A stretch of DNA of 64,000 nt from Hamiltosporidium tvaerminnensis FI-OER-3-3 (GCA_022605425.2 JAKIMF020000005.1:744001-808000); one strand, 5' to 3'; shown: positions 12,026 to 25,495, counted from the stretch's first letter. The notes: generated by a model not told the origin, from the sequence alone. Made by a program: numbers and translations.

Positions 12026-13301
12026 AAAGAAACAAATGCAAAACTCTTTTTGTTCATCATAGACACTAGAGGTAAAAGTGAATGTAATATATAATTAACT
12101 ACGTAAGTTTTTTATGTGGGTTTTTTCTATTTCGATTTATTTTAAATGGTTATGTTTTTAGTTCGTTAGAAAAAAAACTTTTTTTTACCGAAAGCCTTAT
12201 GTCGACTATTAAACCTAGACCTGCGAAATCAAAAGTTTCTACAGAAAAACTAAATTATTGATTTTTAACCTATTTATATAATTAATTGTAATTTACTAAA
12301 GAATGAAATAAAGAACACAGATTCATCATCCGAAATCATTTATAAAATAAAGATATATTTGATTAGTAAACTGTATATTAACAATGTATTTTTTTAAACT
12401 ATACTTGTAAGTCATAGATTGAAAAAAGTAAAATCATTTGAGAATAAATTCTGAAGGGAATATATTAAAACAATTTTGGCAAGAAATTAAGATTTTTTAG
12501 GAGAGATATAGGAAATAGAACAGATTCAACTCAATATTAAAAGATCTAAAATTATAGAATAAAGCATAGGGTTTATTCAATAAGCACAAATTTTAATATT
12601 TACATGGAAATCTAAGTTAAAACCAGTAAAAATGCTATTATATAACCAGTTGAAACTGTCAATTAAATATTTAGTTTTGCAAAAAAAAGATTCAAATGAT
12701 ATAAAATCTTAAAATTTTAAATCATCTGCTATACTCTAAATAATAGTTCTGAAATTTTTGTTTCGAATACATATAAATCCTGGCATTATCATTTTATAAA
12801 TAAACTAGGCTTTTTGGGTTAAAAAAATCTATTGAATCCACGTATCTATGAAGTAAATGAAGAGCTACCAACCAATGAAATAATCAAAAATTTAAATTTA
12901 ATTTTAAATAATAAAATCCAACAAGGAATAAATTTCATTTGGATGTCTTTTTTTTAAGTGAAATCACATTTCAAATTTTTCTAGCAAAGGAGAAAAGGAG
13001 TTAAATTAAATAAATTAAAGAGAAAAGACTCGTCATTAAAAAAATAATCATGAAATTTACGTAAGTATTATTTTGAGATTAAATTTAATATTTATTTATA
13101 CAATGTTTCTTTAAAATTTAAGCTTTAATTGTCTGTACAAACTATTTAAAACAATAATAACAAAATTAAAGAATAAATCAATTTTCTGATTACTGGTTAA
13201 TAATTTAATAAATGTAAAATTTGAAGATAATTTTTTTTGTAATGGAAAAATAAACAACAATTTTAAACATTTTGCAGATTTCAATAAATACAAATGGCAC
13301 A

Positions 13302-14342
13302 CTATTCTGATTTCTTGTAAAATAAAATATCGGGTATATTTCTATATCCAAGATTCTCAATTGACTCTATATTCAGTTCTTTTACTAAAACGTCATTTAA
13401 CTCATAATAACGGTTCCCAAATATTGCAACAGTGTAATAATGCAAATTTTTTATATGAAATATACATGCATTAAATGTATATTCTTGATTTTGAACAAAT
13501 ATTTTTTCATTTATTAGAACATCACTATTAGAACAAGGCCAATGTGAATTTTTAATTATTAGATTTTTTGGTAAGCTTGTGATCTCGGTAGTTATTTTTG
13601 CAGATCCAAAAATATTGCTTGACATACTGCAAATACAATCTATATTCTTAACATTTAAACAATTATCTATAGATTTCTGTATAGAAAATTCTAAGTAAAG
13701 TAAAAAGGTGTACTCATTTATGGTATTAATTGTTTTTTCGTGGCAAAAAGAGCAGCGAATAGTATTTTTACGTTTGAAAAAATATAGATCACCCAAGAAA
13801 AACTCTTGTTGAAATTGTTTAAAATCTATGATTTTTTTGATATTAAATCTTCTATTATCATTAATTTCATTTAAAATCTGAGTAAAAATTATAGACAAAC
13901 ACGCGTAGGCGTCTTCGAAAAAACCAAACTTAAAACTTTTGTAATCAACATTTAAATCTAAAATCTGTTTCAAATAATTGGATGTACTAATAATTTGGCC
14001 TTTTAACATATGCTAAAATATTTCTTTTAAAAGGATAATACATTTTTGGTTTTGATTGTGTTTATAAGAAAATATTTTATTCATAAAATCTGTTTGAACG
14101 TATAATGCTTGTATTATAGAATTAAAATAACAAACATATTTGTCGTTTTCTAGTCCGACAATATTTCTCTCAGAAAGCAATAAAGTATTTTCTGAAACTT
14201 TTGTTCTATTTTTTTCCGCACTCACTTTCTCAATATCTTTTCTTTTAGATGAAATAATAAAAATTATCCATATAACCAAAACAAATATTATAGCAATTAA
14301 ACTGATTAAAAGTTTTTTTACTTTCATGTGTAGTTGATTCAT
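13302..14342 (-). pseudogene. USP (peptidase C19) deubiquitinase with N-terminal TM, interrupted by in-frame TAG at 14013-14015
   Basis: Same length and frame as the intact copy at 30299-31339. Codons TAG CAT replace TCA CTC between the Cys box and the His box. Confidence 0.88.
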
Positions 14343-14959
14343 TTTTCTTATAAATTCCAAGATAACAGATAATATTTTATTTACTTAAAATAGAAAACTT
14401 ATTAAAATAAACTTTTTACAATCATTTTCTGATAGATAATGAATCTAAAATGGTATAAAGTGAAAGTTGTTGTCAAATATATGCACGAGTCCGAGCTTTT
14501 TCCGTTCGCGGTTTTGCTTAAATTTTAATCCTTTGATACATTTTACAAAATTTTTTTAACTCTCAACCGAATTTATGTTATAATTAAGAATTAATATATC
14601 TAGTTTTAAAAAAAGATATAGAAAACGTTTTTCGATAAATTCGCGGTTAGATCATTTCAGGGAAACTGTAATGTATGGGATTGAAACCATTTTTTTTATG
14701 ATTTAATTACAATTTTTATAATTTATGTATATTCTTGGTTTTATACTCGTTATACCATGAATTTTTTTTAATATGTTTAGTGGAATAGCCAATACGTATT
14801 TTACATCTCTAGATTTCAATTGATTTGGACAATTTATAAATCAGCAACCTATCAAACATGTTTTAACAGACGATTAACAGATGTTACTACATGCTCAATG
14901 GTATATGGCTCAACAAAACCATTGGCTTTATTTACAATCATATTCCACCCATCACGATT

Positions 14960-15500
14960 AAGTGCGTCTCTTCTCCCTTAATTTAAATCAAAGTTATTTT
15001 GTTTTATTTGCCAACATCTAGATATCTAGTTTTTCTGTGATAAGAATCTTCGACCTACTGGATTGAACATGATACCCTTTTTAACAAGTCTATTTTTTAA
15101 AATCTGCCCTATATGACTACATATCGAATTCTGCTTCTTTTAAATTCGTTTTTGAAACCCGGATTTAAATATAAATTTTGGAGCTCGATGTTATTGCGAA
15201 TTCGCTTTATCCTTACTGTTATTTTTTTGGCAATTATATTCTTCGTAAGATCTTTTGTTCCCATAAGTTTAGTATCAGTTTATTACATTTTTTCGATACA
15301 CATCTCCGAATATCGTATATCATCATGGTTCTTAGAATAGTTTTTTCATTATTTTTCTTGCTTCTTCAGCTTAGAAGTTATTTTTCTCATTCTAAAGTAT
15401 ATATAGATTAAAATTATAAAAAGTAATAATACTGTTAGCTTTTCTGAAAATATCTTCCGATTACGAACTTTAAAAAAACAAAAGATTTTTTCATCACTCT
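14960..15500 (-). mobile_element. Decayed 3' fragment of an RTE-like LINE
   Basis: 15041 taagaatcttcgacctactggattgaacat aligns with 21961 agagagtcttcgacctttgggattaaacat. The match continues collinearly (cccataagttt..ggttcttagaatagtt vs 22180-22290). Confidence 0.7.
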
Positions 15501-16999
15501 AAAAATTTGATCAGGTTCTAAAATCAAAGCAAGAATCATTAAACTCAAATAATTCTGAAAATAAATATTTTAAGCACAAAGGAACACTAGTTTTTCAATT
15601 ATGTCGAAATACCTATTAGAAACTGGAAATTAATTACTGATGAGGAATCGAAAGAAAAATACGCTTTTAGTATTAAGTTTGGTATTCATAATTCAATTTT
15701 TCCATTACTTACTAAAAAATAAGGTAAAATGAGCCATGCAATTTCAAAAGAATTGGAAAAAAATAGAAAACCTCAAATATTTGTTTTGGATTTATGAATT
15801 GGTGGAAAAACATATTTATCAGGCAGAAAATCATTAATAAATATTTTGCTCTAATAGAAGCAGCCTTGCAGTACTTGAAAGCATTAGATTAAACCAGAAT
15901 TAAATGTAAGTTTAATAGAGTCATAGAGTAGAATAGAACTAATTATATTTCTAAAATTAAAACAGATACTGATGTTTATTAGAACCAAATCGTGTTTTTT
16001 TTCTAAATTTCTATTCTTTCTTTGAAGAGATTTGATCAAACAAAAATACAAAGAAGCTGAAATTGGAAGTTTTTTAAGTTTGTATTCGGCTTTCTTTGAT
16101 GTCGTTGGTTGTTATTATTTCGCTTCAAACTGAAAAACAAAGAGTTTATCTTGAAAAAAATATCTTACAGAAGCATCAATTTATAATCAATTATCATTAA
16201 AAGCATTTATTTTTTTAAATGTAAATTATTTTGCATATATTTGAGCAAGTTTGATTAAAAATAATTCCATATACTTCTTATTGGTTTCTTCATTCTTTTA
16301 GTAGTTTACCTGCCACAGATTGCTGGGATACCTAAAGAAAGGAAATTTAAGGATAATGAAATTGAAACAACCGATTAAATTTATTAATTTGAATCAATTT
16401 GTTTATTTTTTTATCGGTTTTGAATTACAGGATTTTTTGTAGTTTCGTTTGGTGTGCATATAATTAGGTCAGAAAATTTCTCATGCTTGAAGTGATCACA
16501 TTGAAATATCCACGAGAAAATTATGCCGAAACCAAATCTATTCTACACACATGTAGCATTTACTCTTGTAGTTTGTTTATTGTCCTTGCAAATACGAGTT
16601 AGAAAGAAAATGTAAAGTTAAAATAGCATATATGTTGGAACTGTTTAAATTTGTGCCTAGTTAAATGTCAGAATTCCACCTGTCTTCTTATTTAAAGGGA
16701 TTTTTTTTACAAATAAATGATGAAGCAAATCCTAAAAAAATTTCTCGTATATTACAAACACATATTATAAGGTGGCTTTTTTCTACTTTCTGCTCATCTT
16801 TATTTTCTAATCTTCATTTCACCTCTTTTTATTTATATTTTTTTACTTGATTTATATAATTTTACAAAGATTTTTTTTGCGAAACGAAAGAAAAAAAGCC
16901 ATTGCCGACAACTATAAAAAGATATTTTGAATCTATAGTAATCATTTGGGCAAATATCTTTCACTTTCATAATATATTTATATGTATTATTTATTTCTC

Positions 17000-17640
17000 T
17001 TTGGGGGAAAGGAGATAACGACAAAAAAACTTTCTAATTGGCAATGAATAGGGGAAGTTATAGTTATAATTATCTTTGGAATTTTAAGTGGATATAAGTA
17101 ACACAATATTTTTGGTTCTTGCATGGGTGTTTGTATGAGAAGGAGAACGTCTACGAAATAGCAAAATCTTTTCTAAAAATTTATTCGAAGTTTTATATGT
17201 GACTAGATTGCAGAATGCAGCTGATCATATAGGTAATTGCCATGTAAAAGTATGTTAAACAACCCATACATACCGTAATTAGAAAACACGGGGTTGGAAT
17301 ATATAAAAATAAAACTATTAATCCGGGCAAGCTAAGTAGCAAGTTATACTGTTGGTATGACATTGACTGTCTAAGTAGATCCATGTAAGTATCAAGATAT
17401 GCCATAATTATAACTTTTTGGGTTTGTTGGTGGGGTTAGGTGTGTACGTTGCATAGTCTTGGATGAGCTAAGTATGGGATTTACATACTATCACACTTCC
17501 TGCAACGAAGAAAAACGAACACAAGGCAACTGCTTCGACTATTAATTAACATCTACAGACTTGGTAGGTGAAAGACTTTGGGAAGTAGCTATTGCAAGGT
17601 ATACTGATGGAGTTTTGGAGAGCAGGTAGATGTAGACATA
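17000..17640 (+). repeat. Full-length copy A of dispersed repeat family R1 (~650 bp)
   Basis: 17000-17400 matches the reverse complement of 24950-25360. 17400-17640 matches the reverse complement of 21600-21790 (ctccaa.actccatcag, gcagttgcc, caagactatgca). Confidence 0.85.
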
Positions 17641-17849
17641 AAACCGTTTTATGTCATAAAAATATGAATAACGCATGCCACCTTTTTTAAAAACATGGGA
17701 TATTTTACAATAAAAATTTCAAATGATTGCTTCAACTGAAATTTTATAAGATAATTTTCTTTAAATTTAATGTTTTAATTCAATAAAATTTTGGGTATAT
17801 ACATTTTATCTCTTAAATATTATTTTTTCCAATTTTTAACATCTTTAGT

Positions 17850-20800
17850 GGCCTCTTCAAAAAAGTATCCGAAACATAATTTTTTCGGTTCCCTCACCGT
17901 GGTTTCAGCCTAAAGAATAAAAGATAAGATATTTTTTGTATTTTCTGTGGTAAAGCCATCTTTTTTGTTTTTTACTTGCTTTTAAGGGGCTGTTGGTCGT
18001 TTATACTTTACATCTTTTCGATAACACGTAATTACCCTTTAATTAGCTCTATTCTGCATTCGGTTAGGACTTAAGTCTTTCCGCTGATCAAAGAAAATCG
18101 TTTTGAACATCTTTCAAATACTTGCAATTGTATATATGCCTCTAAATCCGTGGTATTTGTATTCTTTTAACATATTTCTTATAATTTTTTTTTACCAATA
18201 CCGTTTCAAGTCACCACATAAGAGATTATCTCAACGCATCACCTATAAATAAGAGAAAACTCTTTGACTAATAGAGAACAAGCCTAAAATTGTGAGTTTA
18301 AACCATTTGAATGGAATATTGGGAAGTTATTCCTACATTAATGAGTGTTGTATAGATTTTTATTCTTAATTAAAATAAAAATGTCAGGTATATTACACGA
18401 ATCTTGACATAAGTTTTAATCCTTGGTTTCACTCCTACTCTGCATACCGATTTATGAATTTCTTCGGCTGAGTGGCTACCAATTCATTTAAAGACTTACA
18501 ATGATATCTAATTACTAAGAATAAATGTATACGTTTTTTAACGTCATTTCTGCGTATAGTTGGTCTTAAAAAAGTTTTTTTTTAGAAATTGTTCCTAAAT
18601 GGTTTACTGTTTTGTTCTAAGAGTTGCAGTTGGACGAACACCTTCATTTCCACAAAATAAATGTATATCCTGGGTATAGCAGAACACTGTTTTATAAAGT
18701 GGTCTTACACTTTTTTTGCTTAATCATTTTGAAGAGTCATTTAAACTCACCAGCTCGTTATTCCCTGCATTATATAACTTTGTGTGTAGTTTTCGATTTT
18801 TATTTCGTTATATAAGTAAGCTAATTCTGCTTCTTATAATTTCTTGTTCTGAATTCTTCTTCCGACTCGTATGTTATTTTCAAATAGGTTTTTGTTTCTG
18901 CAAAGTGGTTGTTGTTTTCGTTCTCAACTTTTAGGATTGTTGCTCATCTGATTGAGTTATCGTTAGATTAGTCAGACAATCCACCAGTTGCAAAAGAATA
19001 TGTTCGCTTTTGAACATAACACTATAAAAATCTCTTCCAAGCTTTTTACTAGGAATGTGTAGACGCTTTTTACACCCTTGTCTCAGGCAAATTTTGGTAT
19101 TTAGCAAAACCAACGCAGTGCATGCGCAAACCCAGAATGTCGGATGATTCGAGTCAAATAACTCATGGAATACTTTAGTTATGATAGCATAGTGATTGGT
19201 ATCTTGAAACAAATTTTCGCATAAACCCTCATGCGGAAAACTATTTCTACTTTTTCTATTAATTAGTCTGTATTCCTTTAATGACCTCAGGTTAGGATTT
19301 ATCTGCTATTTTCTATTTTATCAAGGTATTTGTAAAGACTTATTGCTGCAAGAAAAGTAGCAGTATCCTACAGCACGAATCATTCGAACCCGAATTTTCT
19401 TTTTTGCTCTCAAATCTTATGTTGTTTATAAACCTATTCGCATACCCGGCCATCTGTTCTTATATTTGTTCGTCTTTAGAAAGAAGATGAAAATCATAAA
19501 TAAACATGAGATAATTGGTAGAGAAGGACTTCAGCATCCGTTTGTATTCTCTTTTTGTGTATTTCTCATCAAGATAGCCGCATTATGGATCTATACACAA
19601 CACAAACAATGAATGTGACACGATCTGCTCCGAAAATTAATCCAACAATCTACTTGTTCATGATTTTTTAAGGGCACAATTGTAATATAAATATTTCATT
19701 TTTATATAGTTGCCTGTAAAATTTAGTATCTGATCATAGGAATAGAGTTTTTTATAAATTAGTCACCTAGCATGATCTATTGAATCATAAACTATATTGA
19801 CAGCAAAAAACGGGTCCTTACAATTGTTTCCATACTCTTTATTGATAACAACATTTAAAAGAGCCGTCTCTTTGGGTCTTTACACCTCTCTAATTGCTCT
19901 TCACAGATTATTTGAAAGCGATTCTAGTTTTTCCAAGTCAAGCTGTAAAACTTTCGTAACACATTTTGTTGTAAGCTATCAGATTTGGCATAGAGGATAT
20001 TGGCCTGTAACCATAACCACTTTTTCGTGTAACTTTATGGCATCAAATATGTAAGTCTACAATAATACCAGTCGGATTGAAGCGTTCTAATTCAAAAATA
20101 TTACTTTTAAAATATCCTAAAGATATTTATCAAGACTCGTAAGTTTCTTTATGTAAAAGATGAAAATAACATAAATTCTACTGGCTTTGCAGTTTTGCAT
20201 TAAATTTATAATACCTAAAGCTTCCAATACGAAGTAAAGTGGTCATATGCATGATTGACACAAAATGTATCTAATAGTCTCCATACGTAACTACATTATC
20301 ACTTTTATTCCAAATGAGAAAAAATTCTGAAGTTTGTCTCGATTGACCACATTCTCAGATTCAACAGGCTTAGACAACCCACGACTGAATAAACCTTGGA
20401 AAAATTTAAAAGTACGATTCTCCTTCCAAAATTCTTTAATAGTCGTATACATCGTATTTTTTTTGTAGACATTTAACGACTCCTTCCTCCCAACAAAAGC
20501 CTCAGAATTTACTTACACTGCTCAAGTTAATTTACACTTTCGCATGATTTTCTTAAAATTTTCGCATCTTAAGTGCAGAGCTTTTTCTATCTACGAGCCT
20601 TCTCGAGAAGATCCTTAAAAAGTAATGGCTTAGAAATTTATCTTTCTACTGTTTTCTTTCAAGCGGACTTGGGTTTAGCCTTGCGTGTCACCTCTTCAAG
20701 CCTACCCGGATCGCCTAGATTATTCGAGCAGCCTCAGTAACAGTCTTAGGTTATGAGATTTTACATTACGCTCCTGATAAAATTAATTTGGTTCAAAACT

Positions 20801-21200
20801 TTTCCATCAACCAATTTACATGAAAGCTTTCTAGAGTCTGATCATTACATTTTCTTTTTTCTTCTCTGTGAGTTTCGGGATTGTACAAACAACATCTCTC
20901 TGATGTTTTATAGAGTTTATTGTCAGTTAATAAGCATGGCTCAGTGAGACAGGTGACAATTCTACGCCCCTCTGCATTTCTTTTTGCCTCTTTTTATTTT
21001 CTACCTCATGTGTGCTATTTTTTTTACACATTGCTATCAAAGAATGGCATAATTTTTCATTATACAACCTAAAAATAACATACCAGCTATTTCTTGACAT
21101 TCTATCAACCTTTTTTGCACGCCAGAATAGCAAATCTAGATCATTACTGCTCTACGGCCGTGACAGTGTCAAGTATTGAATGTAATGGTATCAGTCGGTT
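17850..21200 (-). mobile_element. Possible highly decayed Ty3/gypsy-like gag-pol relic
   Basis: Weak motifs only, but in plausible order: gag-like PKTVTEAARII (~20730), RT-like (P)FGLxNA remnant (~19130) and an integrase Zn-region-like stretch (~18150). Confidence 0.3.
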
Positions 21201-21599
21201 TTTTTCTGGGATATCAGCTGTATTGAGGTCTTCCATGATGTTGTCTGGTCTACACACAGATGAATCGGAATAAGAAAACGAAGGTAAGGTGTCTTACGGG
21301 CAGACTGAGGTACATATAAGTATTAATCGTTTGTAAAAGTACTGATATGAATGATATGTTGATCCGGAAGCCCTCGGATATTGAAAATACATTCAAATAC
21401 CCTACTTATATCTTTTCTAAACTAGTCGTCAAGTTTAATAGCCTTTTTTTCTGTTTTTATATTTTGCTGTCAAGTTTTTTCTTTCTACCTATTTTAAATT
21501 AAATATACGCCAATTTAAAATATCACATATTTTTATAAAACCGTGGCAATCGTTCAATTTGTTACTATCAAATTAACTCGGTTCTAGGGGGAACATAAA

Positions 21600-21790
21600 T
21601 AGCTGATACTCCAACACTCCATCAGAATCCCCTACTATAAGTATATCCCAAAACCTTTAATCTAAAAAATCATCAGAACCTAAAAAAGAGGCGAGGCAGT
21701 TGCCCAAAGTTCGTTAATGCTCTTTGCATAAAGTGTAATCTCAGAACGAAACACATCTGGGTTCAGGCAAGACTATGCAGCATCCCCTCT
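21600..21790 (-). repeat. R1 copy B, distal part (split by RTE insertion)
   Basis: Collinear with rc(17450-17640) and with 54785-54970. Confidence 0.8.
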
Positions 21791-24700
21791 TACTCTTATT
21801 ACTTAGTTACTAAATAGCATTATGGCTCATTAAGAGCCCTAGCTTCATGCACTATTGAATTCCATCTGTCGTAATCAACTGCCTCCCATTTTTATTCGTC
21901 TATATCAAAGCCACTGAGATCTTTTTGTATATTATGTAGCTATCTAGCCTTTGGGCGACTAGAGAGTCTTCGACCTTTGGGATTAAACATATATACTTTT
22001 GCAACTGTTCTGCCTTCTGGCATTCGTTCAAGATAGCCTAGAAAATGCAGTATGGTTTTGTTAACTTCGTATATTGTCCCTATATTTCGATTAAAGTCTT
22101 GGAGATCGATGTTGTTATGAATTTGCTACTCTCCTTGCTGATTTCATATTGGTCTTTATATTTTGCTTAGAAGCTTTCGGTCCCATGTGCTTAATTTTGC
22201 TTCATCACACTCTGCAGCATCTAAGTTTCGCAACCATGCATCACTATAGGTCTAAGAATTGTTTTATGTATTACTATCTTACTTCTCAAGCTTAAAAGTC
22301 GAAGTTTTAGAATTCCTATAAGCAAAAATATACATTGTTTCATGCTCTAATTCCCTTTTTTATTTCTACACTGTTGTCATTATCTTTTGTTAGAAGCATT
22401 CGTAGATTTTTAAATGAGGCTATACTCTCGAAGGGATATATTTGTCTACCTGAAAGAAAGGCTGAATATTTTCCTGCTTCCTCCTAGTCATCATGCATTT
22501 TTTTTAATTATATTAATACGAAGACCTGCTTTTCGTGTTTCATATTCGATCTTCGTGACATAGTCTCGAAGTTCATCCCCCTTTTTTTGCTATGATGTCA
22601 ATGTCATTAGCATAACCCAAAAAGTGATTTCTCTGTTGTTCAATATTCTTTCGAAGCATTTTCAACTTTTCTAATAGCTTTATGATCGTGATATCAAAAA
22701 GCATCTTCTTTGTCTTAGATCACGGCTCATTAGAAAATTTCTAGAAAATTTTCCTGCTCTACAATTCTAAACTTTGTCTTTTTTAAGGTCATTCAGATAA
22801 GGCTTACGATTTTCTCTGAAATCTGCATTTCTGATAATTTTCAGAAAAAAATTTCGATTAACCCTATAATATGCCTATTTATAGTTTATAAAAAGCTGAA
22901 TAGGCGGGTTATGCTCTTAGAATTTTTTTAAAAGACATTTTACGGTAAATATTTGGTAGATTGTTGGTCTTGGTTTTCTGAATCCTGCTTGGTATTTATC
23001 CAGTTTCTTTCTACATATAGTTCAAGAAGCTTTGCTATATCTTTGTACAGTATTTTATAAGTGACATTTAGGAAGATATTTCCCTGTAGTTAGAGCATAT
23101 GAATTTAGAGCACTTTTGTGAATTGGTACTATAAGTGTCTTATTCCAATTTTCTGGCATTTTTTCGTGTTTCCAAACTCTTAAGATTAGAGAGAATTTCT
23201 TTCAAATGCGCCTTCCCTCCATACTTTAATATCTCGGCGTTTATACGATCCCCACTTAATGGTTTTACACTTTTAAGGGATTAATAGCCGCTTTAATTTC
23301 AAAAAAATTAGGCTCTGGTATGTTAATATTGTTTGTATATTTTATGGGTAGTATTTGTTTTGTAAAATCTTGCTCCTTTTCATGTTGCAGCGTCTCATTT
23401 AAGCGTTTCTTGGAATAGCCTGCCGATTTTAAGACTTTTTTCAGATTTTTCATTAGCGTCTCAATTCATGTCTCTATTGCAACGTTTCTAGCCAGAAATA
23501 TCTTTCTTGCCCCTTGAATCTCTGCATAAATTTCTCGCGATAGTTTATTTAGAGATTTTTCATCCATTTGCCGTATCTTCTTTGTATGAATCTTATTTTT
23601 CCTTTCCTACATACGAGTAATGCTTTGGTCTTAGCACTTATAAAGATAAATCTGTTCTGGTGCATTGGTCTCTGTGACAATGTATTTCGTGCCTGGTTTC
23701 GCGTGTAATGCTATTTTGTATTCTTCATCAAACCAACTCTGTCTACCTTTGTGTTCTTTACTGCCGATTATTTCCTACGCCTCTATTCGTATTATATTCT
23801 TTAGTCTCTCCCATGTCTTTTCAATTCCTTCGTTATTCTTACTTCTGCCTGACTCTTCATATGAATTCATATTCTTTTGAATATTTTTACCAAATAGTTC
23901 TCTTACCTTTGGTCTTTTGGTTTTTTGCAGTTAAACTTCTTAGATTTAAGGTTTATTTACGAAGCCTATTCTTGATATTCTTTGCGGAATTTCATGATTA
24001 CAAGGGAATGATCTGTGCAGACATCTGCTCCTCTATATGCCTTACATATTGTACACTCTATGCATGTCTTCATATACCATTGGATAATCTATTTGATTGA
24101 CCGTATGATCATCCGGAAATTTTCACTTTGCCCCATGTATGTCTTTATGAGGAAAGCATGTACTAGAGATAATCATATTTTTACTAGTTGCAAAGTCAAT
24201 TGATCAAAACCCATTTTCGCTTCTGTCTCTATGTAAGCTATCTTTTCCAATAATTGAAGTATAGGCTCTTTCTTTTCCTATTTTTGAATTCAAGTCACCG
24301 AGTACTATCTAGATGTCATTATTTGAAGATTTATAATATGATTTTTCTAACAAGTCGTAAAAGCCGTCTTCCTCCATATAATTTGCCTCTTCAGTTATAG
24401 CATGCACATATAGTATGGCAAGTTAAAGGATTCTTCTTTCAGCCGTTTCGACAAATTCTTTCATTTATTCCTTTAAAATCCTTTCGGTATGGTCCAAATT
24501 GTTGTTTATAGCAAAAGCTGTGCCTAGGTATAGGTTGTCTCGTTTCCACTATATAATATTGTTTAGTCTTCAGTTGTGAGCGTATCTGTCCCTTTTCAGC
24601 GAATCTCTTGCAGTGCAAAAATGTCTATTTTATATTTCTTAACTTTTAGTGCCTATTTTTTTAAAGTCTCTGGTTTATTAAGTGTCCGTACATTACATGT

Positions 24701-24906
24701 CCCCAACTTTAATTCATTTTTTAAATTTTCCCTGTTTGTTTTTGTTTTTGTTTTTGTTGGTAATTTTTCTATTTTGTTTTGTCTTGTTATCGTCAAGTTT
24801 TGTAAATGTTTCATAACATGTGGTTTTTTTCCAAAGGTGGGTTGTTACCCCGACGCTCAAGCCTCCTACTTTCTCATCGGGGCTCAAGACCGGCCATGGC
24901 GGAGTT
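21791..24906 (-). mobile_element. Full-length decayed RTE-clade non-LTR retrotransposon (APE + RT)
   Basis: APE motifs LKLGTCNVRTL..KYKIDIFALQEIR, LGTAFA, VLGDLNSKIG. RT motifs PENWNKTLIVPIHK, YQAGFR, LGYANDIDI (YADD). C-terminal ILRPIVMHGCET, ERMPEGR..PKGRR. RTE-type 5'UTR motif TTGAGCGTCGGGGTAACAACCC, a degenerate (TAAG)n tail and a degenerate ~10-bp TSD. Confidence 0.93.
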
Positions 24907-24910
24907 AATT
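24857..24910 (-). ncRNA. Degenerate twister ribozyme (type P1) at the RTE 5' end
   Basis: Minus strand AAUU^AACUCCGCCAUGGCCGGUCUUGAGCCCCGAUGAGAAAGUAGGAGGCUU follows the twister pattern UAACUCCGCC..GCCGGUCCCAAGCCCGGAUAAA.GGAGGAGGG, with a few mismatches in P2/P4/T1. Confidence 0.8.
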
Positions 24911-25365
24911 CCACTTAGTTTACCTTTCCGAACCTCATATACCTTCAACTAAGATATATTTCAGCGACTTTGTGGGGTTCATCTTGGATTGCACTGCCAC
25001 ATCAATATTTTACCCATGCCAAATAGCTTTCGTGACTTTAGAAGAGTTTTATTTTTATATTTCCCTGGCGCTAAGTCTTCTAAACCGTGTGAGCATCATT
25101 AGGTTTCCATGCTTTTACATGGTAATTACCTACAATTTCAACTGGGTCTGCCATCTAGTTACGTAAAAAACCACAAATGAATTTGTAGAAAAAGTTTCGC
25201 TATTTCGATGACGTTCTCTTCTTCATACAAAAACCCATGGAACAACCAAAATGTAGTGTGGTTTTATTCCCACCAAAAATCCAAACAATGACCTCACACC
25301 AGTTTTCCACACTCATATCAAAGCAGAAAGTTTTTTACGTGGTTATCACCTCTTCACATTTGAAA
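24907..25365 (-). repeat. R1 copy B, proximal part
   Basis: The reverse complement matches 17000-17400; ctaagatatatttca is shared with 55010. Confidence 0.85.
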
Positions 25366-25495
25366 TGCAATATAAAGAATATTTTTTTTTATTTTATATG
25401 TTCTAATCGATTAATGAAGTAAATTTTTTAAAATTCCAAACGGTTTAATTTAAAAAAATAAATTAAATATTCAAACCTATCAAAAGGCCATAAAA

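Larger units (their letters stand above)
1..14520 (+). repeat. Left arm of large inverted segmental duplication (probably continues beyond window start)
   Basis: Position 1 (taaacatttaagatacaaatct) is the reverse complement of 44686-44707. All ORFs are mirrored (527/44180, 1774/42934, 14360/30281). Similarity fades over ~14400-14520. Confidence 0.96.

Noticed and set aside
16500-17450. piggyBac-like remnant (Cys cluster RICK..KCYMC; PNPTNKP)
   Set aside because: The motifs are too weak, no TIR or TTAA ends were seen, and the 17000-17640 part is explained by repeat R1.
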